Positions 44,084 through 53,397 of a DNA stretch of 64,000 bases are shown piece by piece. A program made the translations under genes and the position numbers. The stretch spans positions 1 through 64,000 of IMG/VR virus record IMGVR_UViG_3300046727_000675. One strand, written 5' to 3'. Origin of the DNA: a virus. The notes beneath the pieces were generated by a model. It saw only the letters and a program-made list of their open reading frames with translations. It did no database searches and was not told the DNA's origin. Position 1 is the stretch's first letter. Each line of letters starts with the position of its first letter.

Positions 44084-45127
44084 ATGGCGATTGCACCTGT
44101 CAACGGGTCGACGGTCAACAACGGAGCCACGCCGGGGGTGTCTTTATCTTTCGGCGCGATCTCCATCGCGGCCGGAGGCGACATCGTCGTCGCGGTCGCG
44201 ATCCTGACGACGACCGTTTCCGTCACCGGGATCACCGATACCGCGCTCAACACCTACACGCTCAAGTCGTCCGTCAACAACGGAGCAAACGTCCGCGTGG
44301 AGATATGGGAGGCGCACAACGTGACCGGCAACGCGGCGGACGTCATCGTCGTTGCGCTGAGCGGCGCGACGCTCGCGGCGGCGGCGTTCGAGCAGTACTC
44401 CGGCGTGAGCGCGGTGGGGAATATCGGCGCGACCGCGACCGGGAGCGGATTCACCGCCGAGGGGGACGTCGCCACGCAGGACGGGAACAACTGGTCGGTG
44501 TGCGCGATCGCGGCGGCTACGTCCTCCGGAGACACGCTCACCGCGGACATGGGCGCCAAGAGGCAGGCGTCGGTCCCCGCCGCGACCGCCGCCGCCATCG
44601 CGCTCGTGGATAATTCCAGCATCGGGATCGTCTCCGCGCTGCGCGGCGACGTGATGATCTCCGCGTCCCGCCAGTGGGCGGCGGCGGCGATCGAGCTCCG
44701 CAGCGGCGGCGGCGCGATCAATTTCACTTCCGCGAGCATCCCGACGCCGACGGGCAGCGCGGCGTCGTTCGCGAAGCATCAGGTTACGAAAGCAACGGCG
44801 GGGCCGATTAGCAGCGGCGGTGGCCCATCCACTCCGGTGCCGGTCGCCCAAGTGTTAAAGGGCGGCGTGATTGGTTCTGCGTACACGGAGACAATATCGA
44901 CTCAGGGCGGCGTCGCGCCGTACGCGTACGCGGTAGTCTCCGGCGCGCTTCCTACCGGAGCTACACTTAATACGTCGTCAGGCGTGATCAGCGGCGCGAC
45001 TCTTACCGCCGCCGGGACTTTCAGCTTCACGATTCAGGTCACCGACGCCAACGGCGCGATAGGCACGACCGCGTTCCAGATAATCGTAAGCGCTCCGGTC
45101 GCGAGCAACTACGGGTTCGTGAGCTAG
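44084..45127 (+). CDS. Minor tail protein with C-terminal He_PIG-like Ig domain
   Basis: 'GGVAPYAYAVVSGALPTGATLNTSSGVISG...GTFSFTIQVTDANG'. Confidence 0.75.
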   Translation: MAIAPVNGSTVNNGATPGVSLSFGAISIAAGGDIVVAVAILTTTVSVTGITDTALNTYTLKSSVNNGANVRVEIWEAHNVTGNAADVIVVALSGATLAAAAFEQYSGVSAVGNIGATATGSGFTAEGDVATQDGNNWSVCAIAAATSSGDTLTADMGAKRQASVPAATAAAIALVDNSSIGIVSALRGDVMISASRQWAAAAIELRSGGGAINFTSASIPTPTGSAASFAKHQVTKATAGPISSGGGPSTPVPVAQVLKGGVIGSAYTETISTQGGVAPYAYAVVSGALPTGATLNTSSGVISGATLTAAGTFSFTIQVTDANGAIGTTAFQIIVSAPVASNYGFVS

Positions 45128-45149
45128 CCGCGCGGGCCCGGCCCCGCCG

Positions 45150-45278
45150 CTAGTCGCGGCGGGCGGCGAGCCAGGCGCGCAGGAAGATCAGGCCCAGCGT
45201 GACGGCGCCGACGGCGACGAAGCCGGCGGCGACCAGCCGGGCGAACGAGTTGAGGTCGATGTTCATGACGAGGATCAT
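45150..45278 (-). CDS. Possible small single-TM protein on the opposite strand
   Basis: (MILV)MNIDLNSFARLVAAGFVAVGAVTLGLIFLRAWLAARRD fills the intergenic gap. Confidence 0.45.
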   Translation of the reverse strand: MILVMNIDLNSFARLVAAGFVAVGAVTLGLIFLRAWLAARRD

Positions 45279-45317
45279 ACACGGTTTCACGAAGGAAGTA
45301 CACGGCCGAGGAGGCGC

Positions 45318-45794
45318 ATGACGGACAACAACTTCTGGCAGTTCAACTTCAGCTCCATGATCGCGCTGATCAGCGCCTCCGTGACGATCGTCGGCTGGCT
45401 CTACTTCGGGATCACGTGGAAGGCGGACATCGACCGCAAGATGAAGATCATCTGGGAGATGTTCGTCGAGCCGATGATGAAGAAGGCGTTCTCCGACCAG
45501 CTGATCATGCGCAACAGCCCGCTGCGGCTCGACGTCACGGTCCTCGAGAGGCACCCGGTGTACGAGAAGATCAAGGCATTCTACGTCGCCGACGGCCAGA
45601 AGCTCGACGACTGGGAGCTGCTGAGCCAGATCAAGCGGCGCTTCGGGCCGGAGCTCGCCGCCGCGGCGCGCGCCGAGGGGAAGACCGAGGAGGGGTTCGA
45701 GGTCGCGGCGCTGTTCCTGGTGCGGCCGAAGATCGAGCTGTTCAACGAGCTCGACGCCAACCACAACTGGGGAAAGAAGGACGACGATGGCTAG
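45318..45794 (+). CDS. Membrane-anchored protein in the lysis cassette
   Basis: GAGGAGG RBS; one N-terminal TM; directly upstream of the endolysin. Confidence 0.65.
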   Translation: MTDNNFWQFNFSSMIALISASVTIVGWLYFGITWKADIDRKMKIIWEMFVEPMMKKAFSDQLIMRNSPLRLDVTVLERHPVYEKIKAFYVADGQKLDDWELLSQIKRRFGPELAAAARAEGKTEEGFEVAALFLVRPKIELFNELDANHNWGKKDDDG

Positions 45795-46266
45795 GTTCGA
45801 GGACGCGATCGACTACGTGCTGGCGAACGAGGGCGGGCTCGAGGTGAATGACGCCGACGCGGGCGGCACGACCAACTTCGGGCTCGCGCAGCGCGACCAC
45901 CCGGACGTGGACGTGCGCGCGCTGACGCGGGACCAGGCCGTCGAGCTCTACCGGACGGGGTACTGGCGGTTCGACGGGGTCCGGGACCAGCGCGTGGCCA
46001 CCAAGCTGTTCGATGAGTACGTGAACGGGCCGGTGCGCGCGGTGCGGTGCGCGCAGCTCGCGCTCGCGCACCTGCAGGCCGGCCCGGTCGTGCCGGACGG
46101 GAAGTACGGGCGGCAGACCGAGGACCACCTGAACGCGTCCGACCCCGGGAAGTTCGTGGACGAGTACAAGGCGTGGCTCGTCAAGACGCGCCACGACGAG
46201 GTCGCGGCGAAGCCCGACCAGCAGGTGTTCCTGCTCGGCTGGCTGCGCCGCGACGTGAAGGGATAG
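45787..46266 (+). CDS. Endolysin, glycoside hydrolase family 108
   Basis: 'NEGG...DAGGTTNFG', 'DGKYG..T', 'FLLGWLRR'. Confidence 0.9.
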   Translation: MARFEDAIDYVLANEGGLEVNDADAGGTTNFGLAQRDHPDVDVRALTRDQAVELYRTGYWRFDGVRDQRVATKLFDEYVNGPVRAVRCAQLALAHLQAGPVVPDGKYGRQTEDHLNASDPGKFVDEYKAWLVKTRHDEVAAKPDQQVFLLGWLRRDVKG

Positions 46267-46275
46267 GGGGAAAAT

Positions 46276-46692
46276 ATGAGGACGGGCATCTGGATTCACC
46301 TGGCGATCAGCGCGGCGTGGCTCGCCGCGTTCTTCTACATCGCGCGGAACCTCACGATGAAGGGCTGGCAGGACTTCCTCGACTCGCTGTCGACCTCGGG
46401 CGGGAACGTGGTCACGCTGTTCTTCTGCTCGATGGGCTCCGGGCTCCTGTGGTGGACGGTGTACAACCAGCACGGGTCCGACGGCCAGGCTGTGATGGCC
46501 ACGTTCGGGATCTTCGGCGGCTTCACCGGAGCGCTGCTCCAGGCGCAGAAGGGGAACGCCAGCCGGCAGCAGATGATGGACCGCGCCGGCGTGCCGGCGC
46601 CGCCGGCGGTGGTCCCGCTGAAGAACCCGACCGACGTCACGGTCGTGGCCACGGGGGCGACGACCGACCCGGCGGCGGGCGGCGGGTCGTGA
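46276..46692 (+). CDS. Putative holin (about 3 TM)
   Basis: Three hydrophobic segments; follows the endolysin. Confidence 0.55.
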   Translation: MRTGIWIHLAISAAWLAAFFYIARNLTMKGWQDFLDSLSTSGGNVVTLFFCSMGSGLLWWTVYNQHGSDGQAVMATFGIFGGFTGALLQAQKGNASRQQMMDRAGVPAPPAVVPLKNPTDVTVVATGATTDPAAGGGS

Positions 46693-47357
46693 GGCGCGCG
46701 CTCGACGCCGCGAAGCTCGTGGCGCTCCTGGCCGCGACGGCGCTGTGCGCCTACACGGTCGCGCTCGAGCGCTCGGCGAAGGCCGGGGCGGCCGCGTTGG
46801 CGCCGAAGTTTGCGGCGCTGCCGGCGGACGTGCACGCGCTGGTGCTGCCGACGCAGAAGCTCGAGGCGACCTGGGCCGCGGCGGGCCTGACATTCGCGCA
46901 GACCGCCGCGAAGGAGCGCGACGCGTTCGCGGCGCAGCAGGACAGCTACCTGCGCTTGACCAACCGCGGAGTGAACGTGCTCGACGCGGCGGCGACGGCC
47001 ACCTTGAAGTTCGGCGAGGCCGCCGACTCCTTGAAGACGATCGCCCCGGCGGTGACGGCGCAGGTGGAGCAGGTCGGCGCGGATGTCCGCGTGACGCTGA
47101 CGGCCACGCGGGCGATGGCCGAGGCGGTGACGGCGGACCTGAACGACCCGGCGATCAAGGCGAGCCTCGCGAACGTCGAGGGGCTGACTGCGGCGCTGAA
47201 GACCGCCGCGGAGCACGGCGACAAGGTGATGCTGGACGTGGAGAAGGTCGCGGACCACTACGAGCTGAAGATCGACACCCCCGCGACCGCGGGGCAGAAG
47301 TTCCGGGCCGGGGCGATCGTCGTCGCGCGGATCCTGGGAGACTTCATGAAGTTCTGA
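46689..47357 (+). CDS. Membrane-anchored coiled-coil protein (possibly spanin-like)
   Basis: N-terminal hydrophobic helix and Ala-rich coiled coil. Confidence 0.5.
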   Translation: MRRALDAAKLVALLAATALCAYTVALERSAKAGAAALAPKFAALPADVHALVLPTQKLEATWAAAGLTFAQTAAKERDAFAAQQDSYLRLTNRGVNVLDAAATATLKFGEAADSLKTIAPAVTAQVEQVGADVRVTLTATRAMAEAVTADLNDPAIKASLANVEGLTAALKTAAEHGDKVMLDVEKVADHYELKIDTPATAGQKFRAGAIVVARILGDFMKF

Positions 47358-47444
47358 CGCGCGAGTTTCTCGGGCGACCGCGGGCCGAGGCCGGCGGCGC
47401 CCCCGGAAAGAAGGAGCATCAATTGAGCAAAGGAGAGTTGAGCC

Positions 47445-47870
47445 ATGAGCTGGTTAAAGAAGATCGGCCACGTCCTGGGAAAGATCCTGCACGTGGTCGC
47501 CACTGACGCAAAGCCCGTCGCGGACATCGTCGCGCCGGTGCTCGAAACGCTGTTCCCCGGGCTCGCGGTCATGATCCAGGCCGGCGACAGCCTGATCTCG
47601 AAGATCGCGAAGCAGGCGCTCGTCGCCGAGACCACGGTGCAGGCGGTGGAGGCCGCGCCGACCGGCCCCGCGAAGCTGCAGGCGGTGCTCGCGAACGTCA
47701 CGCCGGACATCGACGCCTGGGTCGAGAACGCCTTCCCGGGCTCCGCGAAGCTGACGGACATCGAGCGGGCGGGGCTGGTCAACGCGATCGTCGCGATCCT
47801 CAACAAGGTCGCGCCGCAGGAGCTGATCCCCGTGACGCCGGCCGCGCTTCCTGCGTCCCCCAAGGCCTAG
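47445..47870 (+). CDS. Hypothetical protein
   Basis: AAGGAG RBS; amphipathic N-terminus MSWLKKIGHVLGKIL. Confidence 0.7.
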   Translation: MSWLKKIGHVLGKILHVVATDAKPVADIVAPVLETLFPGLAVMIQAGDSLISKIAKQALVAETTVQAVEAAPTGPAKLQAVLANVTPDIDAWVENAFPGSAKLTDIERAGLVNAIVAILNKVAPQELIPVTPAALPASPKA

Positions 47871-47893
47871 TTACTCAGACATAACAATCTGAC

Positions 47894-47920
47894 CGGGGTG
47901 CCCTCGGGGGCACCCCGTTT
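47894..47920 (+). terminator. Probable intrinsic terminator ending the late operon
   Basis: Perfect 10-bp stem CGGGGTGCCC / TCGG loop / GGGCACCCCG followed by TTT. Confidence 0.7.
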
Positions 47921-47942
47921 CCTCCCGGTGCCGCCCGCCTGA

Positions 47943-47999
47943 AAATAGCTGTATACAATCTCCGGCGGATGTTGTATACTTGCCTCAGTTCGGCGGGGC
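47943..47999 (+). promoter_or_regulatory. Sigma70-like early promoter, copy 1, with dyad
   Basis: TATACA-17 nt-TATACT; GTATACAA...TTGTATAC dyad; 45/57 identical to 52839-52895. Confidence 0.75.
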
Positions 48000-48022
48000 G
48001 GCTCGGTCTAAGCCCATCGCCA

Positions 48023-48334
48023 ATGAACGGGAGGAAGAAGATGAACAAGGCCACGCAGGACGTATCCAAGCTCCTCGGCGTACCGCTCGAGGAGGCCGCA
48101 AGAATCCAAAACAAGATGATAGAGAACGAGCTCGACTTCTCGGAGTGCTCGCGCCGCGAGTTCAACAAGGCCGCGATCGTCGCGCACGTGCAGTTGACGA
48201 TCGACGACTGTCGAACGGCGCTCGCCACGAATTTCGATGCTCCGGCCGATCGCATCCTCAGCTTCCACGGCTCTAAAGTAAAGCTCACCTCAAACGAAAT
48301 GCGCGAACTGCTGCGCGAGGCGGTGCAATCGTGA
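48023..48334 (+). CDS. Hypothetical early protein
   Basis: First ORF after the promoter; GGAGG RBS supports the ATG at 48041. Confidence 0.6.
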   Translation: MNGRKKMNKATQDVSKLLGVPLEEAARIQNKMIENELDFSECSRREFNKAAIVAHVQLTIDDCRTALATNFDAPADRILSFHGSKVKLTSNEMRELLREAVQS

Positions 48335-49017
48335 AAAAAACAGACAATCTGAAAGTTGGAACTGAGGTTTACATCGGCCGCTACACCGGCCATGGCCGCG
48401 AGTACGCGAAGGCGACCGTGGTCAAGGTCACCCCGAAGGGATTCGCCGACGTCAAGATCGGCGCGTCCGAGTTCATCATACGGTTCAACCCGGACGGCGA
48501 CGAGCCCGGACGTCGCCTGCTGTCGTGGTCGATCGACGCTGAGATGACGGTCGCGCAGCGCGTGCAGTACGTCGCGCGGGAGGAGCGCGAGCGCGCAGCG
48601 CGGAAGATCGTGCGAGGCCTCGCGATCGGTAAGATCCATGACTTCGAGGACAGGCAGGGGATGCTCAATGCGATCGGCATCTTGCGCCGCGACCTCGACG
48701 CGGCGCACGCCGCGGTCCTCGCGATCGAAGCCGGACTTACGGCCGTCTCGCCGCTCATGCTCGCCCGCAAGTTCTCCGAGCTCCTGCTCGCCGAGATCGG
48801 CGCCGCGTCGCTGCGCGCCGCCGTCGAGCGCAACGGGCGCCCCGAGTACAAGGAGCACGACTCCTGCGCGACGCACGACTTCTGCGACGCCAACATGGTC
48901 ATGCTCGCGGCCTTCGAGTCGCTCGGCACGCCGGTGAACAACGACGCGCCCCAGCTCTGGAACGACGCATGGACGCAGGCCAAGCTCAACGGGTTCTTCA
49001 TGGAGGCGTCGTCGTGA
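48331..49017 (+). CDS. Hypothetical protein
   Basis: Coupled ORF; 'CATHDFCDANMVM' motif. Confidence 0.65.
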   Translation: MKKTDNLKVGTEVYIGRYTGHGREYAKATVVKVTPKGFADVKIGASEFIIRFNPDGDEPGRRLLSWSIDAEMTVAQRVQYVAREERERAARKIVRGLAIGKIHDFEDRQGMLNAIGILRRDLDAAHAAVLAIEAGLTAVSPLMLARKFSELLLAEIGAASLRAAVERNGRPEYKEHDSCATHDFCDANMVMLAAFESLGTPVNNDAPQLWNDAWTQAKLNGFFMEASS

Positions 49018-49910
49018 AGATCAGGTACAGGGACTTCAGGTTCAAGCCGTCCACGCTCGCGACGATCGAGAAGGCCAACGAGATCATCGCCGAGTACGCG
49101 GCGCAGGGCTTCGACCTCACGCTGCGGCAGCTCTACTACCAGTTCGTGTCGCGCGACCTCATCCCCAACACGATGAGGAGCTACAAGGCGCTCGGCGGGG
49201 TCGTGAACGACGGGCGCCTCGCCGGCCTCATCGACTGGGGCTCGATCGTCGACCGCACGCGCGAGGTGCGGCGGCTCCCGCACTGGAGCTCGCCGGCCGA
49301 GATCGTCGCCGCGTGCGCCTCGCAGTTCAACGTCGACCGCTGGGCGGGGCAGCCGTACCGGCCGGAGGTGTGGATCGAGAAGGACGCGCTGGTCGGCATG
49401 TTCGAGCGCACCTGCAGCGGCCTCGACGTCCCGCTGCTCAGCTGCCGCGGGTACACCTCGCAGTCCGAGATGTGGGGATCGGCGCAGCGGCTGCGCGGGT
49501 ACCGCGCGGCGCGGCAGGTGCCCGTGATCCTGCACTTCGGCGACCACGACCCGAGCGGCCGCGACATGAGCCGCGACATCACCGACCGGCTCGAGCTGTT
49601 CACGGGCGGCGCCCTGCGGTTCGAGCGCCTCGCGCTGAACATGGACCAGGTCGAGGATTACGCGCCGCCGCCGAACCCGGCCAAGGTCACCGACTCCCGC
49701 GCCGCGGCATACATCGCCGAGTTCGGCCACGAGAGCTGGGAGCTGGACGCGCTCGACCCGTCGGTGCTCGACGGGCTCGTGCGCGGCGCGATCGAGCGGT
49801 TCATCGACCGCGGAAAGATGGACGCGGCCGAGGCCCTGCAGGCCGAGCACCGCGCAACGCTGACGAAGATTTCGGACCGGTTCGACGACGTGCAGGAGTT
49901 CTTGGAGTAG
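49014..49910 (+). CDS. wHTH-Toprim protein (Topo VI-A/JetD-like fold)
   Basis: 'TLRQLYYQFVS', 'VWIEKDAL', 'RGYTS', 'HFGDHDPSG', 'ELDALDP'. Confidence 0.75.
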   Translation: MKIRYRDFRFKPSTLATIEKANEIIAEYAAQGFDLTLRQLYYQFVSRDLIPNTMRSYKALGGVVNDGRLAGLIDWGSIVDRTREVRRLPHWSSPAEIVAACASQFNVDRWAGQPYRPEVWIEKDALVGMFERTCSGLDVPLLSCRGYTSQSEMWGSAQRLRGYRAARQVPVILHFGDHDPSGRDMSRDITDRLELFTGGALRFERLALNMDQVEDYAPPPNPAKVTDSRAAAYIAEFGHESWELDALDPSVLDGLVRGAIERFIDRGKMDAAEALQAEHRATLTKISDRFDDVQEFLE

Positions 49911-49996
49911 CTTCACCGGCGCCGGCGGACCGCGGGGGACCACCCGCGCGGCATCCCGCCAACAGGGCGCCGCGATTCGTAAAGAGGAGAAACACC

Positions 49997-51133
49997 ATGG
50001 CCATGATTCATCACGGAAGCGACACGTACCCCGAGGCGGTCTCGAAGGCCGCCAAGCACTTCAGGCAGAAGCTCGACGGCATGTTCCACGCCTCCGAGCG
50101 CCGCGTGACGGCGGTCATCGAACAGGTCGAGCGCGACGTGCCCGAGGACATGATCGTCGCGGGCCGCAAGCTCGAGTTCGAGGCCCACGACTTCGACAAG
50201 GAGCACGGCGGCACGACGCTGCTGGTGCACGCGCCGGGGCAGGCGCCGCTCACGCTGCACGCGAACGCGGTCGAGCAGGTCTCGTACAAGGCGAAGGTGC
50301 GGAACCTGCCGGCGTTCGTGAACGACCTCTCCGCGCGCGGGGAGTGGGGCAAGAAGCTCGTCGCGCGCAACCTCAACGAGATCTACCGCAAGATGAACGG
50401 CGACCGCTTCCTGCTGCGCTCGGTGCGCGGCGAGCTGCGCGGGTTCCTCAGCGACCAGTACCGCCGGCTCGACTCGCGGCCGCTGCTCGACGCGTTCGTC
50501 GGCACGATGAAGCAGTACGGCGCCCGCCCGACCGACGGATTCGCGCTGCAGACGAAGATCAAGGTGCGCTGCTTCCTGCCGATGGTCTTCGAGCCGTTCC
50601 CGGGCGAGATCATGGCGTTCGGCGCGGAGCTGAGCGACTCCGACTACGGCGACGGCGCGCTGCGGCTCTCGGGCATCGTGCTCCGCATGTACTGCACGAA
50701 CCTCGCCTGCCTCGAGGACGTCATCCACCAGGTGCACCTCGGCAAGCGCCTGCCGGAGAACGTCCGCTTCTCCGAGCAGACGCTCGCGCTCGACACGAGG
50801 GCGATGGCCTCGGCGATCGGCGACATGGCCTCGTCGGTGCTCGGCCCCGGCGCGGTCGAGGACTACTGCGCGCTCGTCCGCTCTGCGAACGAGGAGCACG
50901 TCGAGCCCGGCGCGATCACGGCCTGGGTGAAGAAGAACCTCTCGAAGCCGGAGGGCGAGAAGCTCGTCGAGAAGTTCGCGAGCCCGGACGTCGAGCTTCT
51001 GCCGCCGGGGCAGACGCGGTGGCGGTGGTCGAACGCGCTCTCGTGGCTCGCGAACGAGACGACGGACGAGCGCCGCAAGCTCGACCTGCAGGACTACGCC
51101 GGCGCGATCGCGCGTCCGCGGCAGAGGGCGTAG
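49997..51133 (+). CDS. DUF932-like protein
   Basis: 'RGFLSDQYRRLD', 'SDSDYGDGAL', 'RMYCTN', 'HLG'; AGAGGAG RBS. Confidence 0.7.
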   Translation: MAMIHHGSDTYPEAVSKAAKHFRQKLDGMFHASERRVTAVIEQVERDVPEDMIVAGRKLEFEAHDFDKEHGGTTLLVHAPGQAPLTLHANAVEQVSYKAKVRNLPAFVNDLSARGEWGKKLVARNLNEIYRKMNGDRFLLRSVRGELRGFLSDQYRRLDSRPLLDAFVGTMKQYGARPTDGFALQTKIKVRCFLPMVFEPFPGEIMAFGAELSDSDYGDGALRLSGIVLRMYCTNLACLEDVIHQVHLGKRLPENVRFSEQTLALDTRAMASAIGDMASSVLGPGAVEDYCALVRSANEEHVEPGAITAWVKKNLSKPEGEKLVEKFASPDVELLPPGQTRWRWSNALSWLANETTDERRKLDLQDYAGAIARPRQRA

Positions 51134-51206
51134 GATCCCAGCTTCGGGGCCACGGTCGCCGCCGCGGCCCCGGAGAAGTGATCCTACGATCGAAGGGATA
51201 AAAAAG

Positions 51207-51482
51207 ATGAGCGAAAAATTGAGCTGGCGGCGTGACCGCCACGAGCACCGCGCGATGAACTTACGCGTCCAGGCGAATGTGGCCGACGCGGAGAGAAACA
51301 ATTTTTTGGTCCAATCACAAGCGTATGCAGGTCAGGAGCTTGACCACGTTGTGGCCGAGCGCAGGTTCCGCCTCGAGCGGTCGCAGCGGGCGGCCCGCCG
51401 GAACCGGTGGCTGCTCGCGAACGCGTGGTGGCTGATCGCCGCCGCCGTCGCGGGCGCCGTGTTCCTGGTCGCGGGGCGCTGA
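51207..51482 (+). CDS. Hypothetical protein with C-terminal TM
   Basis: ORF with a hydrophobic tail. Confidence 0.55.
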   Translation: MSEKLSWRRDRHEHRAMNLRVQANVADAERNNFLVQSQAYAGQELDHVVAERRFRLERSQRAARRNRWLLANAWWLIAAAVAGAVFLVAGR

Positions 51483-51484
51483 CC

Positions 51485-52573
51485 GTGCTGATCGACCATG
51501 TCGTCCATGGGTACCACGAGTCGGCGCAGGGTTGCCATGACATTGCGCTCACCGAGCCTGACCCGAAAAAGCGCGTCGACCTCGAGCTCCATGCGGAGTA
51601 TGAGCAGAAGGTCGCACGGGAGATCAACGTCAGTGTCCGCTACTGGCTTGACGTGCGCGAGCTCGAGCGCCTAAAGGGCGCGCGCTTCAAGGGCCTGGCG
51701 TTCCCGCCGGTCATTCACGACGGAATCTTCATCGAGTTCAACGGACGGCTGACGTTCGGCTTCCGTCCATGGGCGCGTCCCGACGTGTTGATCGCCGACA
51801 GCAAGACTAAGGTGCGGGCGCCGCTTCAGGAGATCGCGCCGCGCGCGTTCACGAATGACCTGCCGACGACCGAGTACCGCGGTGTCTACATCCGCCGGTA
51901 TGTTCCGCCGCACCACTACGTAGACTGGCCTGAGGAGCCCGTGGTGCGCGTCACCTGGTTCGAGACGCCGCGTTCGGTGCTCGACCGGCAAACAGGCAAA
52001 ACCTACCCGTGTCTCGACAACTACTCGGCGTCGTTCACCCAATCTTCTTGGCCGAACCGTTTTGACCCTTACAAGATTCTCGACAACGACGAACTTGTCC
52101 ATTCCGGCGAGCGCGAGCACGGCGAGCGCCTGTTCCGCACCGCGGTGAACCTGCTCTACTTCCTCGCCGCGGAGAACGTCGTGCGCGTGCGCATCCGGCC
52201 GGAGATGCGCCGCGGCCCGCGCGCCCGCGAGCTGAAGGGGCTCCCGAAGTCCGACCGGCCGTACTACGTCACGCCGTTCCAGCTGCCGCGCTACAAATAC
52301 TTGCACCGGTCGGCGCCGACCGGCGCGCGCGTCAGCGTGTGCTTCGACGTACGCGGGTTCTTCCGCACGCTGACGAACGACCGCTACGGGAAGAACGAGG
52401 ACGGCACGTGCCGCGTCATCTGGGTCGCGCCGCACCGGCGCGGGCTCGGGAACCCGTACCGGCCGCAGGTGCGCCGCGGCGCGATCGACTCGCTGTTCCT
52501 GGACTACGACAAGTTCATCGCCGGCGAGGAGCGCCGCGCGCGGGAGGGGGCGAGGCGTGCGAAGCCGAATTGA
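51485..52573 (+). CDS. Hypothetical protein
   Basis: C-terminal 'VRGFFR...IWVAPHRRG' motif seen in phage early proteins. Confidence 0.65.
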   Translation: MLIDHVVHGYHESAQGCHDIALTEPDPKKRVDLELHAEYEQKVAREINVSVRYWLDVRELERLKGARFKGLAFPPVIHDGIFIEFNGRLTFGFRPWARPDVLIADSKTKVRAPLQEIAPRAFTNDLPTTEYRGVYIRRYVPPHHYVDWPEEPVVRVTWFETPRSVLDRQTGKTYPCLDNYSASFTQSSWPNRFDPYKILDNDELVHSGEREHGERLFRTAVNLLYFLAAENVVRVRIRPEMRRGPRARELKGLPKSDRPYYVTPFQLPRYKYLHRSAPTGARVSVCFDVRGFFRTLTNDRYGKNEDGTCRVIWVAPHRRGLGNPYRPQVRRGAIDSLFLDYDKFIAGEERRAREGARRAKPN

Positions 52574-52844
52574 AGAGCCGCGGCCGTGCGCGGCAACCGT
52601 GTACCACGGCGGCTTCCACCGGACTCATTGCCGGAACGACGCACGACCCGGGATCGTGTTCTGCGCCGTCCACGACCCGAAGAACATGAAACTCCGCCGC
52701 GATCGCAGCGAACAATTATGGGAGAATAAGCACCGCGCATTCCAGGCGCCATGGCTCGCGCTCGAGAAAGCGCGGCGGCGCATCAGGCGGCTCGAGCGCC
52801 TGGTCCGCCGGCTCGGCGGCCAGGTGCCGCCGGAGCGGAAATAA
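52557..52844 (+). CDS. Small Cys/His protein
   Basis: C..C..'FCAVHDP'; coiled-coil tail. Confidence 0.55.
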   Translation: MRSRIEEPRPCAATVYHGGFHRTHCRNDARPGIVFCAVHDPKNMKLRRDRSEQLWENKHRAFQAPWLALEKARRRIRRLERLVRRLGGQVPPERK

Positions 52845-52895
52845 CAGTTTACAAGATCCGCCGATTGTTGTATACTGACCCCAGTCCGGCGGGGC
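52839..52895 (+). promoter_or_regulatory. Sigma70-like early promoter, copy 2
   Basis: TTTACA-17 nt-TATACT; followed by AGGAGG and the ATG at 52936. Confidence 0.8.
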
Positions 52896-52935
52896 CCGAG
52901 GGCCCGGCGCCAGGGGACGAACAGGAGGAAAGACG

Positions 52936-53397
52936 ATGAACAGAAACACGGTGTACGTCGAGCTCGACTTTGCCGATGCTGACGACGCCACGCGGCCGGC
53001 GGTCGATCGTGCCATGGCGATCGCGAGGCGCGCCGCGAGGCTCGGCTGTGCGATTGTCGGCTATAATCATGAAGGACCGGGCGGCGGATGGCCGTCAGCC
53101 GCGTTCATGTGCCCGAACAGGAGCGTGGCCGATGCGTTGGTCACGCGTTTCTATGGCAACAAAGGCCGGGAGCCACTCGACTCATACATCGTCTTTGAGC
53201 CGCTTGACGCGGCGGAGGTGGCAAAGTCGCTCGACACCGCCATCGAGAACGGTTACGACGTGCTCGATGGGTGGACGGCGGCGGAGATCGCTGACGACCT
53301 CGCCTCGTACGATGCCGGCTTCGAGGGCGTGGACCCGCGAGCGATCGCGCCGCATGCGCAGTCATGGCTTGACGCGCGAAGGGCGGCGGTCCGATGA
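52936..53397 (+). CDS. Hypothetical early protein
   Basis: AGGAGG RBS after the promoter. Confidence 0.7.
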   Translation: MNRNTVYVELDFADADDATRPAVDRAMAIARRAARLGCAIVGYNHEGPGGGWPSAAFMCPNRSVADALVTRFYGNKGREPLDSYIVFEPLDAAEVAKSLDTAIENGYDVLDGWTAAEIADDLASYDAGFEGVDPRAIAPHAQSWLDARRAAVR

